Positions 38,236 to 52,459 of a DNA stretch of 64,000 nucleotides are shown here, one piece after another. Source of the DNA: Hypanus sabinus (lineage: Eukaryota); the NCBI RefSeq assembly GCF_030144855.1, contig NC_082731.1, forward strand, positions 24,676,001-24,740,000. Reading direction: 5' to 3'. How positions within the stretch are numbered: position 1 is the first letter of the stretch; every line of letters starts with the position of its first letter. The position numbers and the translations under genes were made by a program. The notes under the pieces are model-generated. The model saw nothing but the letters and a program-made list of their open reading frames with translations, ran no database searches and was not told where the DNA came from.

Positions 38236-41200
38236 ATAACTGTTTTAAAATATTGTGCAGAAAGGTAGCATTATTTGTCTTAAATACTTTGCACATTGTT
38301 GCGTTAGAGAAATATAGCAAAACAATCAGTTGTAATTGCTCGGTATTATATATTAAGTATACAGTGGGGGATAAAATATCCAATAAGTGTGCCTTGTTTT
38401 GATTCCCGTTTATAACTCTGATAAAGGAGGGACAGAACCTGATTTTGAATCGCTGAGATGGTTATTGTGGCACCTCTATCCCTTCCCAATATATTAATGG
38501 GACGAGGACATGCCATATATACATTGTCATTCATGTTAGTTGCTGCTTTCTTCGGAATCGGATCAGTTGAAGAAGCCATCAATGGTGGACAGTTCTGAGC
38601 TTGAGTTGGGGTAGGAAGGGCTTACAACGAACTAGAGGATATTGCGTTTCTTTGCATTTTGAAACTCGAGAACTAATTCCCTTATGACCTGTCAGTGTAC
38701 TCTACAGTTTATATTTCTTGGAATGTAAAGAGTTATTAGTTTATATGGTGTGTTTTTGCAAGTTGCTGAGTGTCGAGCCGTTGGTGTGATTTATTTCGTC
38801 AATGTTTTAGATTCAGTTTAGTCGACCATCCAGAATCATGCTTACAAATACCCATCCCTGTAACTCAGGCAGCATTGAGGTTGAAGTCCAGTATTTAAGA
38901 GCGAAGATACAACTTCCCTCTCGTAAACTGAGATCGAAAGCGCCAACTCTTGACGTTTTGTTGGCTGCTATGAACCAAATCTCAGTCAGATGAAAATGAA
39001 GGCGAATATTAATTGTTAAAATAGGACTGATCATTGCAGGCATTGGACGAAAAACAGCTACTTCAGATATTCACAGATATTTCTATCAATTCGTCACCAA
39101 AGTACGACGAACTCCATGATGCTTTTTCAGATATATTTCTCTACAATATCGTCTAAGTAAAATTTTTGAGTCCATACTCCCCTTGCTGATAAATACCTTA
39201 GTTGAAAATTCCAATTTCTGAACATATGAACCAGCCAGATTTTCAGTGCTGCATTTTGCGATCCCGTTTTCCAAAATCGCGAAATAGGTTGGCCTGCTCT
39301 TACTACAATCACAGCCACCTTAAACCACCTACTGAGTCAGGTCTAATCACCTAAAATCGTCAAACATCTGTAAACCATGTAGAGGAAACAAACCGCAATC
39401 AGTTCTACTTCTCGGAGCCCCGGTTTATTCTCAGTTTTAATGTCCAAAATTCCCACAAAATTCCAGCAAAAAAGGCAAACGACACAACTCAGCTAACCTA
39501 TTTTAATTGCCCCTCTCTTCAGGAAAGCTACTAGTGCTAATGTCATATTTTGACTACCTATTCGAACTGCTTCAGCAACATGGATCGGTAAATATTCATG
39601 ACTAGATGATTTAAAAACCGTGTGTAGGAATTTCATGCATGTTGCATGAGTTTTGCGAATAGATTTCACCAGAGAATGGAATATCTTTAAGAGTTCACCG
39701 ATTACCAGCAGTTGGAAGATACATTTCTAGTGTACTCAGTCATTTGTCTTTATGACTAGTCTTGATCCCGTTAGAATCAAGAATCAGTCAGATGCACTGT
39801 GATTTTAGTTCGTCTTTGAAAGTCGGTCTACCTTATCTTTATTCTGCTCTGAGAAGCCATGATCCTAGCACTAATACGCCTCAAATTTCATCCGCGTTTC
39901 TTTTTTATTCAGCTGCTGCAAACATTCCTGAGGATTGTTTGACAGAAAATTCATAGCAAACCGTATTTGACATCTAATGTATTTTCAGCAAATATTCACT
40001 TTCAGACTGGTTCAGTTCAACGAAGTAAGCTGCTTACTTTCAGAGAATGCCGTGTGTTTACAATGAAATATCTGAGGTGGTATTTGAGATTAATTTGCAT
40101 ATGTGGTTTTTGCGCCACAGACCACTACAGCAGAGAATCAGCCCCATCGGGCTCTCTAGTATCTGCCGAATAATTTTAGCTACAGCTCCCACCGATCTGC
40201 ATCCGGACAATAGCGTCCATATTCTGATTCGGCGATCTATGTATCCACAGTTGTTTTAAATTTGGAAATTGAAATTCCATCTACAATTACACAGCCATTT
40301 CGTTCCCACGTTCTTACAAGGCTTTGATTGAAGTAGTTCCATACACGGTCAATTTTGTAACTATCTATCTATCAATAAATCTTTCTATCCATGCATCTCT
40401 GAACCTGTTCGTCTATATGTTTATTTATTGATTGACTTATTGAGATACAGTACGTAGCATCACACTCCGACCTTCAAGAGGTGCCTAGCAAGACGCATGT
40501 CAATATAAACTGAACACTGTAATATTTCCTTTCACTATTTAACTTACTGAGCGGTATCTTTCGACAGTGGGACGATAACCTAAAATAGCAGGAATTGTAA
40601 CATGCTCGCTGTTACTTGAAGCTTAGTGATAACCAACACTCCCCCATGCTACTCCATGTCCACACTCTTTTAGCTATTAAGAATTTTACCATTCACCCTT
40701 AACCAAAGACCTCTAGTTGAAGTTTTACCCAAACTCAATGGAAACCACATGCTTCCATTTATTAAGTCTCTAGCCCTAATGAATGAGTATACGTCTCTGA
40801 AATCTGAACCAGGTCCTCTGTGCTTGGTAATAACGATCTATTAAAAAAAACGTACTAATTTATCAGATCTCCCGGTCCTGCCAACATCGGTCTAACTATT
40901 TTTATTGTCTTTCAATTCTATTTGCGTTATTTTCCTTTGTAAATGAAGAACACATGCGCACTACACATTAAATTAGGCTTCAGCATCTTATACCATTCCA
41001 GCATAACATCACAACATCTACAATATACACTTAGATCTATGAGGACAGATGCGTCAAACAAATTGTTTACGTTCCAAGCTACCTGTGAAGCCACTTTCAA
41101 AGAAATATCATTCAATATTCCAATAGCTCATTGTTCTACCAGCAACGTGCTGCCGTTTACAAGGTGAATTCTCCCCCGATTCGTTCTTCCGAAGTCCAGC

Positions 41201-42479
41201 TCCAGCTGGTTGAGATTACGTGAGAAGCTTCAGGTTACCGCTGGCCACTACACCCCAATATTTCTGTGAACCATGTTATCATCCCTGATGTTCATATTGG
41301 TGACAAACGTCAAAATTCTCAGTATTGAACCATGTGATACTGGACTATCACTGGTCCCAGTCAGAGAGACAATCGATCAACCTGAGAAAATTGTCCGGAA
41401 AGGAGTTAATAAGGATAGCTTGTAGGTACTGTAAGACGGCTGGTGAATCTTTGACAAGTGTTATTTTTTATCGCAAGTGAACTTAGGGTATGACGTGGGT
41501 ACCAAAGTGATCCTATCTAACAGACGGATAGATATATTAAGGAACCTATCGTCTCAACGTGTGATCAATAACATCCTGTGAACGCTGCTTGCCTCCCCCT
41601 TGTATAATTTAACTTTATTAACATGGAGAACTGTGTTGGTTCTGTCAATCACTCGAGCAGTGCCGCCCAGCAATCTTACCGTATAATCCTTTCTACCGTT
41701 TCATTCTCTTATTTATTTATGCATTTACTTAGTTAGTTACTTCTGTATTATGTATTACATTGAATTGATGCTGGGAAATTAACACGTTTCACGAGTCATG
41801 TCAGCAATAAAGCTGATTCTGATTCTTATTGAAGTTCACGGTTCTGGTTTGGAGTAGTAGCCAAGGGGACTGTTTTCTAGCCAACCTCATCCCAGAGGAT
41901 GTACACAGGCTGAAGTAAACTTAGCCAATAAGTGCAGTAAGTTAGTTCGTTTTTTTTTTTGTTTTTTTTTTTCTGGCTCGTGTTTTCCATTGTTGGAAAG
42001 TTCTGGCTCTTGAAATGATTTTCACACCAGACAGTGTGTTGTTCAAGTTGGTATGTTCAGTACTGGTACAAGGTACAAGGTGGATAGTTCGGGTGAGCTG
42101 CAAAAGTATCCTGCAATTACTGTGACTGTGCTAAATGGTGGTGTGAAGCTGGGTCATTGTTAATCGTTTTATTTCGTTACTTGGTATACAGCTACGAAGC
42201 ATCCTCATGTTTGACACACCTTTCTGCTTTGATATTTTGTGCCATACTGTTACGACCGTGCCCTGGATAGTACATTGTTCATGCTGACCGGTAAGAGAGC
42301 TACTGCAAAGACAGGACGCTTGGAATGCTATCGTTTGTCAGAGTCCCGGGGTCAGACTCACTGGAGAACTGATTTCGAATCCCTTAGATTATCTGCTCAC
42401 AAAGGAACTTGCTAACTGTACAGGTCGGGAAACATCGTTCATTGAGCGACGTTTCAGTGATTAATTCCCATTGATCATT

Positions 42480-43420
42480 GGAATCAGTATGTAAGAGTAA
42501 CCCTCTTCAAAACAAGTTCCCGTCCTTATCCTCGTAAAGCTTCATGTCCTGTCCATCAAGAACCTATTAATCCCTGTCTTTAAGGCGACCAATGACCTGG
42601 CTTCCACAGCTGCATGTGGCAACAAGTTCCACAAATTGACCTACCTTTGGCTAAATATATCTGTCTGTATCTCTGTTCTGAAAGTGCGCCCGTCTATACT
42701 GGGGCTATTCGCTCTTGGTGCCGATTCTGACACTCTGGGAATAATCTTTTCCACATTTTCTCTGTCTGGGTCATTCAGCTTCTAAAGATTTCAATGATAT
42801 CGTCCTTCTTTCTTCTCAATGCGAGCGAGTACAGACCGAGAGCCGACAAGCGTTACTCATATGATAACATTTTAATTCCTGGAATCATCCTTGCAAACCT
42901 CCACTGCAACCTCTGCCAGCACTTCCTTTCTCAGATGAGTAGCCCAGAGCCGTTCACAATACCAAAGGAGAGGACTCACCAGTGCCTTATAAAGCCTCAG
43001 CATCAAGTCCTTGCTCTTATTTTCAGGATCTCTTGAAATGTATGCCAACATGACATTTCCCTTCCTCAACACCGACTCAATCTGCATGTTAACATTGAGC
43101 CCGTTAGGCACAAGGACTGCTAAGTCCCTCGGCATCTCAGATTCGTTGATTGAACTAGCGCAAAATGAATGTTTGGTCGAGTATTTTCGGATTGTAAATA
43201 AATTATTGATATAAGTTTTCTCACTCCGTGTTTTCTCTTTCACTTGCTAGACCCGATAACTAGATAATTATCACAAAGTTTTTGCCATTGTCTGTGGATA
43301 GAAGAGACTGTCAATAAGCAGTGAGGCAGGCCGTAATAATATCGAGCAAACAAACTCTTGGAATGAGGGCTGGTTCGAAATCTTGGCTGGTGCACATGGG
43401 TACGAATCCACAAAGAGGAA
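42480..43420 (-). mobile_element. CR1 LINE 3' ORF2 fragment
   Basis: LMLRLYKALVSPLLWYCERLWA on minus strand. Confidence 0.7.
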
Positions 43421-45479
43421 ATTCAATGTGTACATTGCGGTAGAAAGTAGTGACTATGTGGCCGAACAGTGCTAAGCACTGTCTTTTTTTTTTGCTCTAC
43501 ATACATCCTCAATTCAGTCCGTACTCAGTTAACTGCCACCTGCGAATCCCTGGGCAGACCACGCGATCCTACCCAAGAGACACACCCCAGTGCAGCTCGA
43601 TAAAGAAAGGTTATGTGCGGATGAATTAGCTGTACTTTGCGGCTATGGGTAGATCAGCTCGTAAGGCAGCAATAAAGATTGTCGAACAAGGTGACAAGGT
43701 GACCGAACAGAAATTCTCAGTGTGATGTTTTGCCAACCTATCATGACATCCAGCGAAGGGAGCTGAAGGAAAATTCACTTACTAATGCATTGTGAGTTTG
43801 TGTGTGTGCGTGTGTGTGTTTAGCAAGATAGTTTGCTTCAAAGAGATTTACGGTGCCTAGGAGGCAGGGTAATCCCTAGATGGCTCTGAAATACCGTACG
43901 ATATGTCTTATGCCGAGCGCTTTAATGGGAAAGCTGTTTATTGCTGGAGGATGCTAACGAAAAGGTCCATTATAATCGGTCTGCTGCAAATCCATTTACT
44001 TTCTGAACAAAACATGGTGATATATTTTTTGTTTCTACTGTCGGGTATGACCCTGGCGATGCTTGCGCCAGTGAAGAAGAAAGGTGTTCTCTAATAAACA
44101 CACAAAATGCTGGCAGAACTCAGCAGGCGATATTCTCTTATGTTTTATCATTGATATATTTTCCAGTACCATGAGACTGGTTTTCTATTACCCCAACGAA
44201 TGGAAGCAGGCGGCTAGCTGTCTTCTCCATATACGACAGGGGTCGCAGACTACTGCCTAGTAGCGGACTCTGCTTCTTCAGAGCGGATGGAATGGAGAAG
44301 CCCTTGTTCCAATATTCTTATGAAGGCCCAATGAAAAGCTCCTGCTTGAAAAGGTGGCGCTTGCACTGTCTCAGGACGTCGAATATCTGTATGACTTAGC
44401 GATCGTACTCGTTAATCGGATGTCTTAGCGCCAGAGGGAGCGTCGCGCTAATTTTCTCTGTTACAGCTCCTTCTATTCCTGTTAGTAACCCATATTTATA
44501 CTCGACCAAGTACTTCCGAAAGAGTTCACCTGCATAATCACATAGGCTTGCAGATGGACAGGTCAGGTCTCAATTCTGTTAGGTTGTACAAGAAGATGAA
44601 AGAGAGAGGGAGAGACGGTGACATCGATGAGGAACAGTTCCAGAGAATCAGCGAAACTCAAAAAGGTCTCCGGTTGAGGGAAGCCTATGACGCTGCGGTA
44701 TCTAGTTGGCAGTGGAATAACTAAGTCTGGACTCGAATATGCATCCAAATGCTGCGAAATCTGGGGAACATGTCACCAATTATTGGCTTCATAAGACCAA
44801 TTAATTAAAGATCAGCTCTTCAAGCTCTGATCCTTTAGGTCAGACAGCCAAAACATATTTTGACAACCATTACTTGGTGGATCAATTGAGCAATGTGACA
44901 TTTTTCAGATCCGTGCCGCATCCAGTTAGGAAAACACTCAAAACTGTTCAGATTTCTCTGCTTCTATGACCCTCCAATCTCTCAATCTTGATGTATCCGG
45001 CTTTGTCGCAGGATGGCCGCGTTATGGACTAGTATGATGGCAGTATCCCGGGCCTGACTTTCAGCTGTCACCATAGCTGCCTGTTGAAAGAATTTCTGTT
45101 TCTTACTCTGTCGCCCGTGTTTCAGTGTCTGCATTTGGTAGCCCCTATTTTGAAATCGATGAGGATTAAAACAAGTTCCCACGGAGGATTCCGATTTCCT
45201 TGTGGCTTTCAACAAATAGATGAAATCTACACTATAGCCCTATCACAGATATGATAGTGACATTGAGTTATTGCATAGAACATATTCACTGGGAGGGAGC
45301 TCCATTTCCCGAATATCTGGACATGGACATGTAGTTTCCAGAGCCATATGCCTCCGGGTTCATCAGACTAGTCACATCTTGGGCGGGGGAAGTGTTCTTT
45401 ACTGTAACCATAACAGATCGCCGATTGAGACATTGAATAGACGGCAATGCAAAAAAATAAAAATAAAATAAAAAACGGC

Positions 45480-47550
45480 TGATCAGAATTGCTTCATACA
45501 CAAAAATTAACAAAACTCTGCATCACCGGTTGCATCAACTTCTGTGTGGACTGCAATGCTCGGGCAAGAACTTTCCTTTGTTATTCAAATAACAAGCCAT
45601 GGCTAACAAAAGACATTAAGGACATCCTGAACGCTAATAAGCCGGCGTTTAGAGATGGAAACAACAGGGAGGAGCTGAGGACAATACAGAGGGAACTGAA
45701 CCCCAAGATAAGGGAGGATAAAGACAGGTAGCTTGAGTTGAAACACCAGCAGAGCAACATGAGAGTGGTCTGGATTGGAATGAGGACCATCACTGGGTTT
45801 TGGCAAGCTAGCAACAGAGGAGCTGAAGGCAGTTTGGACAGGGTCAACTCTGGCCCCTGCCCACACCCCACATGATTCGTCTGTTGTCGGCCCCCAAACA
45901 GCACATACTCCACTCTACCCTCCTAACCCCTCACAGCTCCACCCTGCTCTAATGACTACACACCTCCCCCACCAAAAATCACCAGGGCGGACTACACAGC
46001 TGAGCAGGTGAGAAGAGTGCTGAAAACTCTCCACCCAATCAATCCTACAGGCCCGGATGTTGTCAGCCCCAAAGTGCACAAAGCCTGTGCCACCCAGCTT
46101 TGTGGAGGACTTCATCATATCTTCAACCTGAGCCTGATTCTCCAGAGGGTTCCTGTGCTGTGTAAGACGTCCTGCCTCGGCCCTGTACCGAAAACGCCGC
46201 GGCCCAGTCGCACCAATGAATACAGACTTGTGGCTTTGACCTCCCACATCATGAAGACCCTGGACAGACTTGTTCTAGAGCAGCTCTGGTCTAAGGTTAG
46301 GCCACAATTAGACACCTTCCAGTTCGCTTACCAGCCCCGACTAGGAGTTCAAGATGCAATCATCTACCTGCTGAACCGAGTCTACGCCCACCTGGACAAG
46401 CCGGCGAGAACCGTGAGGGTCACGTTTTTGTTGACGTCATCCGCCGTGCACTGCTTGGTGAGAAGCTGACAGTGATGCAGATGGATGTTTCCCTGGTGCC
46501 ATAGATTATTGATTACTTAACTGGCAGACCACCGTAAGTGCGTTTGCAAAACTGTGTGTCAGACAGTGTGGTCAGCAGCACAGGGGCTGCACAGTGTACT
46601 GTCCTGCCTCCCGTTCTCTTCACCATCTACACACCTGAGTTCAACTACTGCGCAGAGTCTTGCTATTTTCAGCGGTTTTCTGATGACTCTGCCATAGTTG
46701 GATGCATCAGCAAGGGAGAGGAGGCTGAGTACAGGGCTACGTTGGGAAACGTTGTCACATGGTATGAGCAGAATCACGTGCAGCTTAATATGAAAAAAAA
46801 TAAAGAGCTTGTGGTGGTCCTGAGGAGGGCTAAGGCAGCGGTGACTCCTGTTTCCATCTAAGTGGTCAGTGTGGACATGGTGGAGCTTTACAGGTACCTG
46901 GGGATACAAATTTACAATAAACTGGACTGGTCAAAGAACACTGAAGCTGCCTACAAGAAGTGTCAGAGCCGTCTCTATTTCCTGAGGAGACTGAGGGCTT
47001 TTAACATCTGCCGGACGATGCTGAGGATGTTCTACGAGTCTGTGCTGGTTAGTGCAATCATGTTTGCTGTTGAGTGCTGGGAAGCGAGCTGAGGTTAGCA
47101 GACACGAACAGAATCAACAAACCTATTCGTAAGTACTGTGATATTGTGGGTTTGTAACTGGGATCTATGACGGCTGTGTCTGAAAAGAGGATGCTGTCCA
47201 GGTTGTTTGCTATCTTTGACAAAGTCTCCCATCCACTCCATAATATACTGGTTAGGCACAGAAGTACATTCAGCCACAGACTCATTCAACCGAGATGTCA
47301 CACTGAGCGTAATAGGAAGTTATTCCTGACTGTGGCCATCAAACTTCAAAACTCCTCCCTCGGAGGGTTAGACACCCTGAGCCAGTAGGATGGCCGTGGA
47401 CTTATTTCCACTTGGCATAATTTACTTATTGTTATTATTATTTAATTATTCGTGTTTTTTGATATTGCTATATTTCTACACTATATTTCGCACTGGTTGG
47501 TGCGACTGTAACGAAACCCAATTTTCCCTCGTGTAACAATAAAGTATGTT
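45480..47550 (+). mobile_element. Decayed REX1-like LINE (RT to 3' end)
   Basis: NKPWLTKDIK, GPDVVSP, YRLVALTSHIMK, FAYQP..GV.DAI, FSDDSAIVGCI, YLGI.I..KLDWS, RLYFLRRL; AATAAA at ~47539. Confidence 0.85.
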
Positions 47551-47899
47551 TATCAGACTGAATGGTTGAAAACGGCAAATATTTAAAAAAAAACACGGGA
47601 CCTATAAAACACTTATAAATTAATCAGCATTCTTGAACGGACAAGTGTAAGATAGCATTTAATACTCCAACAGATAATTATAATTTTTTGTTGTGTCCTT
47701 TGGGCTGGTCAACCCTCATGTGTTAATGCCGCTCAAAGGAAAATGTATAATAAATCTGTGTTTTCATACCTGAATGTTTTCTTGAGTTCTTTTTCAAATC
47801 CCAAAGAAATACATATAAGACACCTGAAGCAATTTCTTCAGTTCCTTTTATTTATTTTTTTTTTTGTTCAAATGAAACGAAGACGCCGATCTCAAACAC

Positions 47900-48811
47900 T
47901 GTTACTGGCTGGGATATGGGAGCGTCATAATGGGGGCGTTGAGACTGGACCCAAATGCAGGACGCAGACACTGAAGTACTAGGAACAGGACGGGACGAAA
48001 CTGAAGGAATGGACAGATCGCAAACTGGGCTGGGGACGCAAGTCGGGACGAGGGATAGGGAACAATGAGCCTGGGCCTTGACTCGGACTTGGAACCCCAT
48101 ACCATGCGAAGACTTGACAAGAACTTGTTTCTAGAAGTTGGAGACTTGGAAACTTGTGCTCCTGGAGTACACCTGAATGGATTTCCTTGAGGACTTGGAA
48201 ATTTGGAGACCTGAGTTCCTGGAGTTCTTGAAGACTTAGAGACCTGGAGTTCATTGAGTTCTTGGAGACATGGGTAGCTGGAGGCTAGAGTCCTAAGAAC
48301 TAGGAGTAACTGGAGTCTTGGCTATCCCAAGGCTTGTGTATTGGTGGCTTGGGGTTCTAGGAGTCCCCACCAGTGCGGGCCGCGGGCTCCTGTTCAGAAC
48401 TCGGGACACAACCAGACGGAGGCGAAGCACAGGAAGGGACAGAACCAACCGCAGGGTAACGGCAATCGGCCTTGCTTACCCGATGGAGGCGAGGGACAGT
48501 AAGGAACCTCCATCTGGCGTGGCTCCAAGACTCGAGGCTTCCAGTAACCTCAGCGGGCTATAGAGCAGCCAAATCCATAACTCACCGAATGTACTCGCCT
48601 TCCATCGGTGGATTACTCCAAGCGGTGACTGGCGAGACGACACCCCAACCACACCCAATCCCCGGGCCACTGATATTCCCAGCCAACAAGATGAGCATCA
48701 GGTGCAAGTACCTCAGTCCAACCAAAACAAGGGACAGTCAGAGGACCCGGAGTCCAGAGTCCGCGGATCGGACCATGAACCGCAATGCGGACTTTGGACC
48801 GGACCATGACA
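47900..48811. mobile_element. LTR-retrotransposon-derived fragment with ~9-bp tandem motifs (GGAGACTTG/GGAGTTCTT)
   Basis: TG...CA bounded block with degenerate tandem repeats at ~48100-48320; no TSD found. Confidence 0.45.
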
Positions 48812-49894
48812 GGGAGTCATCCAGGTGAGTGAAATTCCATGTATTGCTTTCACACTGGAATTTCGCCGACTTGTAAAGGTAACGTGCAGCTTATTATGTC
48901 GTAATTTTTTTCTTATTCTGGCGATTGACTAACCAAAATAATACCTCTGCTGGGGTTTGTTAAAGCCACAAGGCTTAAACTGCACCAAATCAAGTTCAAA
49001 CCCTGGTAAATTGCTATCTACTGAGAACGGAAATAATGAGAAATTGACACAATCCAGAAGCAGGTTATGCAGTATGTAGCACATCCATGTGTTAACCTTT
49101 GTTTAGTTAATCTAAGATCTCTGCACCAGAGGTCTTCATTTTTTTAACTTTTTCTTTTTTATGCTTGCTGGTCTTCTTTTGTCTTCAGCGGGATCTACTC
49201 GGTTTGTTCGTTTTTTTACGGCTGAAGTCAATTATCAAGGTAGTATAACGAATACACAACTGGATAATATATTTACTTACAGAGTGATTTTTTTTACTGT
49301 GTACACATGGTCGATTGCATGGAATCCACACAGACATCAATAATATTATTGCGCTTAGTATGCTGTCATACGAAACTCTTTTGTACATGTCAGTCATTGA
49401 TCTTTGAAATTAACACAGCGAGCACATTGCTGCATAATGCACTCGAGTCAGTACCCAACACCGGCAAAGGGGACTCTATCCTACAGCGCTGCAGTGTTAT
49501 TGTTTTATTATTTTTTCTTCTGTTGCTGCTACAATACCAAATAAAAATTTGATCTCACCTACCAGAGAGTAGGACCAGATCGTTATGAAGCTCAGCCCGG
49601 TTACACCAAAGACCCCTTTGATGTTGTAGTCCAGTTCTCAGAAAAAGAGTATTAATTTCCATGTCTGCTTTGCACCTGTCTTACACTCAGTGCTTTTGCA
49701 TGCACAGTCTTACGGTTACCGGAGCAGGCTAAATCCTCATTCAATAACTGACAGTTATCTGGGTCGCAGCTGTTGTCTTTTCCGGGCTTGGTCGAACAAT
49801 AGCTCAGGCAATGATGTGTCAACACAAATACTGATTCGTACAGGAATTACACCTCTAAAGACTGTGAAAGTATTCAACATTCCAGGACTTCTAC

Positions 49895-50311
49895 NNNNNN
49901 NNNNNNNNNNNNNNNNNNNNNNNNNNNNNNNNNNNNNNNNNNNNNNNNNNNNNNNNNNNNNNNNNNNNNNNNNNNNNNNNNNNNNNNNNNNNNNNNNNNN
50001 NNNNNNNNNNNNNNNNNNNNNNNNNNNNNNNNNNNNNNNNNNNNNNNNNNNNNNGTATATTTATTTATTAGCTTAGAGGCAGCAGTTCAATGGAATAAAT
50101 GATCTAGCCCGGAAAAAAAAAATAACNNNNNNNNNNNNNNNNNNNNNNNNNNNNNNNNNNNNNNNNNNNNNNNNNNNNNNNNNNNNNNNNNNNNNNNNNN
50201 NNNNNNNNNNNNNNNNNNNNNNNNNNNNNNNNNNNNNNNNNNNNNNNNNNNNNNNNNNNNNNNNNNNNNNNNNNNNNNNNNNNNNNNNNNNNNNNNNNNN
50301 NNNNNNNNNNN
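49895..50311. other. Two assembly gaps (49895-50053, 50127-50311) flanking a 73-bp island
   Basis: N runs. Confidence 0.98.
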
Positions 50312-51511
50312 ATTACAGTATACGTATATTGAAAATTGATTTTAGAAGATAGGTGGAAAAACGGAAAATTACTCCATACTAAAAAAAGGTAGTTTCCAAA
50401 TACTCAACGTCCGCTTATGAACCGGATGGCACAGGGGGAGAAGCTGTTGCTGAATCAGTGAGTGTGTGTATTCAAGCTTGTGTACCTCCTACCAGATGGT
50501 AGCAGTGAGAAAAAGGCCATGCCCTCGGTGCTAACGGTCCATAATAATGTACGTTTTTTTCCTGAAGATGTCCTGGGTACTTTGCAGACTAGTACACAAG
50601 ATGAAGGTGACCAGATTTACAACCATCTGCCATACATATATAGTTTTTTTTTTAAATACAAGAGCATAGAATGCACTATGTTTAAATATGACAGAAATAT
50701 CATGCAAATATTTGTAACAATCTGAAGTACTGTCCATTTTTATGAACTCATTCGGCTGAGGCACGGCAAAAGGAAATAGGCACAGAAACACGGCTGCTAT
50801 GTCGAGGGTGAAGTTTACTTTAAACCACGTTATATCGGCAAAACAGGGGCAATGTTGGAATTCGTAAATAGGACAGAACGCCCAAATTCCCCACATGTCG
50901 ATGCAGTTTCTATATAGTGTTAAAAATAAGCCATTATTTGGGTCATTTGGACCATTGCTGAGCAGCGATTTCGAGTGGTAAAACAGGTAAGAGTGGAATA
51001 AGATCACTCACTAAACACTTTGAGAAAAAAGCAAACAGGAAATATTTGTGTCACTGCTACTGAATATCAAAACGGATTGAGCGTGATAAGAAAATGGATG
51101 ATTACTCCAAAGTTATCAATTTTGATCTTGATAATTTTCAGTCAATATTTATGATAGTACGGTCTGAACTAAAAGAAAATAATATACATCGAATAGCCAA
51201 TGACAAGAAAAATAATTGAGAACGTCTGGATCTTTGTGATATCTGTGAAATCCATTCAGCGTTTTCTATTCATTTGATACGTTACATGCTTTTCAAACCA
51301 ATTTACCTTTTGTGTTTTATCAATTTATAACACTCTTCATTCTCGGACATGAATTCCAACCATATCACCAAAGAAATGTAAAAAAAAAGACACCTTGCAC
51401 TTCTTCAGGAAATTACGTTTTACGAGCCAGTCAGTGCTTTCCTCTCATATCGATCCATAGCATGCATACCCCTGAGACGAAGTGGTGTCTGGCTCTTGAG
51501 TGCAGAATAAA

Positions 51512-51557
51512 ATGCTACTCCATTTACTTGCTGTGCTGTGGGTCGCATTTTACATTG
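51512..51557 (+). CDS. Leader exon of V2 (MLLHLLAVLWVAFYI)
   Basis: 46-nt exon from ATG encoding a hydrophobic signal peptide, ending at a phase-1 donor G|GTAAGT that matches the phase of the acceptor at 52118; 561-nt intron. Confidence 0.88.
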
Positions 51558-52118
51558 GTAAGTAGGCAATTAGATTTACATTGTTACCAATGTTCAGGGA
51601 TACAGCGGATAGGCCATTTCCCCTTTTTAACAGATTAAATTTCGGTAAGGCATCTGTGAACTAAATGCGTGGTACTTTAAATGTCATCATGGCTACATGG
51701 AGTTAAATATTTTTCATAAGAGGGTCGACTGTAGAAATCATTCTATTTTTTACCTCGAATAAAAAAAGACTTGAAAAGACTACATCAGCATGAGAATCGA
51801 CATAATATGACGGTGAACATCAGAATTATGGTCCTTACTGTATTCGATGACAATCTCAGGAGAAAAAATATCCTCCAATCAAAAATATATTCCACATTCG
51901 GTATTAGCTGAAGTCCTGGAGGAGAGTTACATGCAGTTTAAGGAAACATAAGATAGAAGGAAATCCGGACTGGCTTCATTAGAAGAAGTAATGATTTTTT
52001 TGTGAATGGTTGTACGGGCACAGGGATATCATTGAACTCTCTGATCTAAAGTTGATCGTATTTGTTATGAAAACCGCATAAGTTGCGAATTTCATTTTTC
52101 TTTTTACCTCTATTCTAG

Positions 52119-52420
52119 CACAAAATGATGCCGATTCCGTGACCCAGAAGTATTCTGCCGTCATGGGTACTGAGGGCAAAAGTATTACCCTAACATGCGC
52201 GTACGGCAATGATGCTTTTTATTTATATTGGTATCGCCAAAACTCAGGTGGACGGGTCGAGATTGTGGTCCGGCGAAATATATTTGATCGTGATGAGCTT
52301 CAGGCTGATTTTGCGAAAGGCAGGTTTGATGATGCTGTCGAGTTGTCACAAATGGAATATCGTTTGACCATCCAGGGGCTGCGGCAATATGATGCGGCAA
52401 AGTATTACTGCGCCGTCCCT
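52119..52420 (+). CDS. TRAV/TRDV: TCR V segment V2, V exon, apparently functional
   Basis: Acceptor ttctAG ends at 52118. Reads AQNDADSVTQ...ITLTC-AYGNDAFYLY-WYRQ...ADFAKGRF...YRLTIQGLRQYDAAKYYCAVP with no stops; RSS follows. Confidence 0.93.
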
Positions 52421-52459
52421 CACAGTGATGGGAACTGATTGCATCCCCGAACAAAAACT
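52421..52459 (+). other. 23-RSS of V2
   Basis: Consensus heptamer CACAGTG, 23-bp spacer, nonamer ACAAAAACT. Confidence 0.95.

Noticed and set aside
38751-39320. Minus-strand CACACCA-22 bp-GCAAAAACA and scattered V-like words (YQQ, ILLRRY, EVAVF)
   Set aside because: Heptamer is poor, there is no YYC before it, and the motif spacing does not fit a V domain.
40063-40110. Leader-like MKYLRWYLRLICICG with embedded octamer and GGTTTTTGC nonamer
   Set aside because: Weak donor, no V exon downstream, and no heptamer at RSS spacing.
50531-51007. 158-aa minus ORF with V-like fragments (NNG..L..YR, NFTLDI, AAVFLC)
   Set aside because: No Cys23, no Trp41 and no RSS; resemblance is not above what chance could give.
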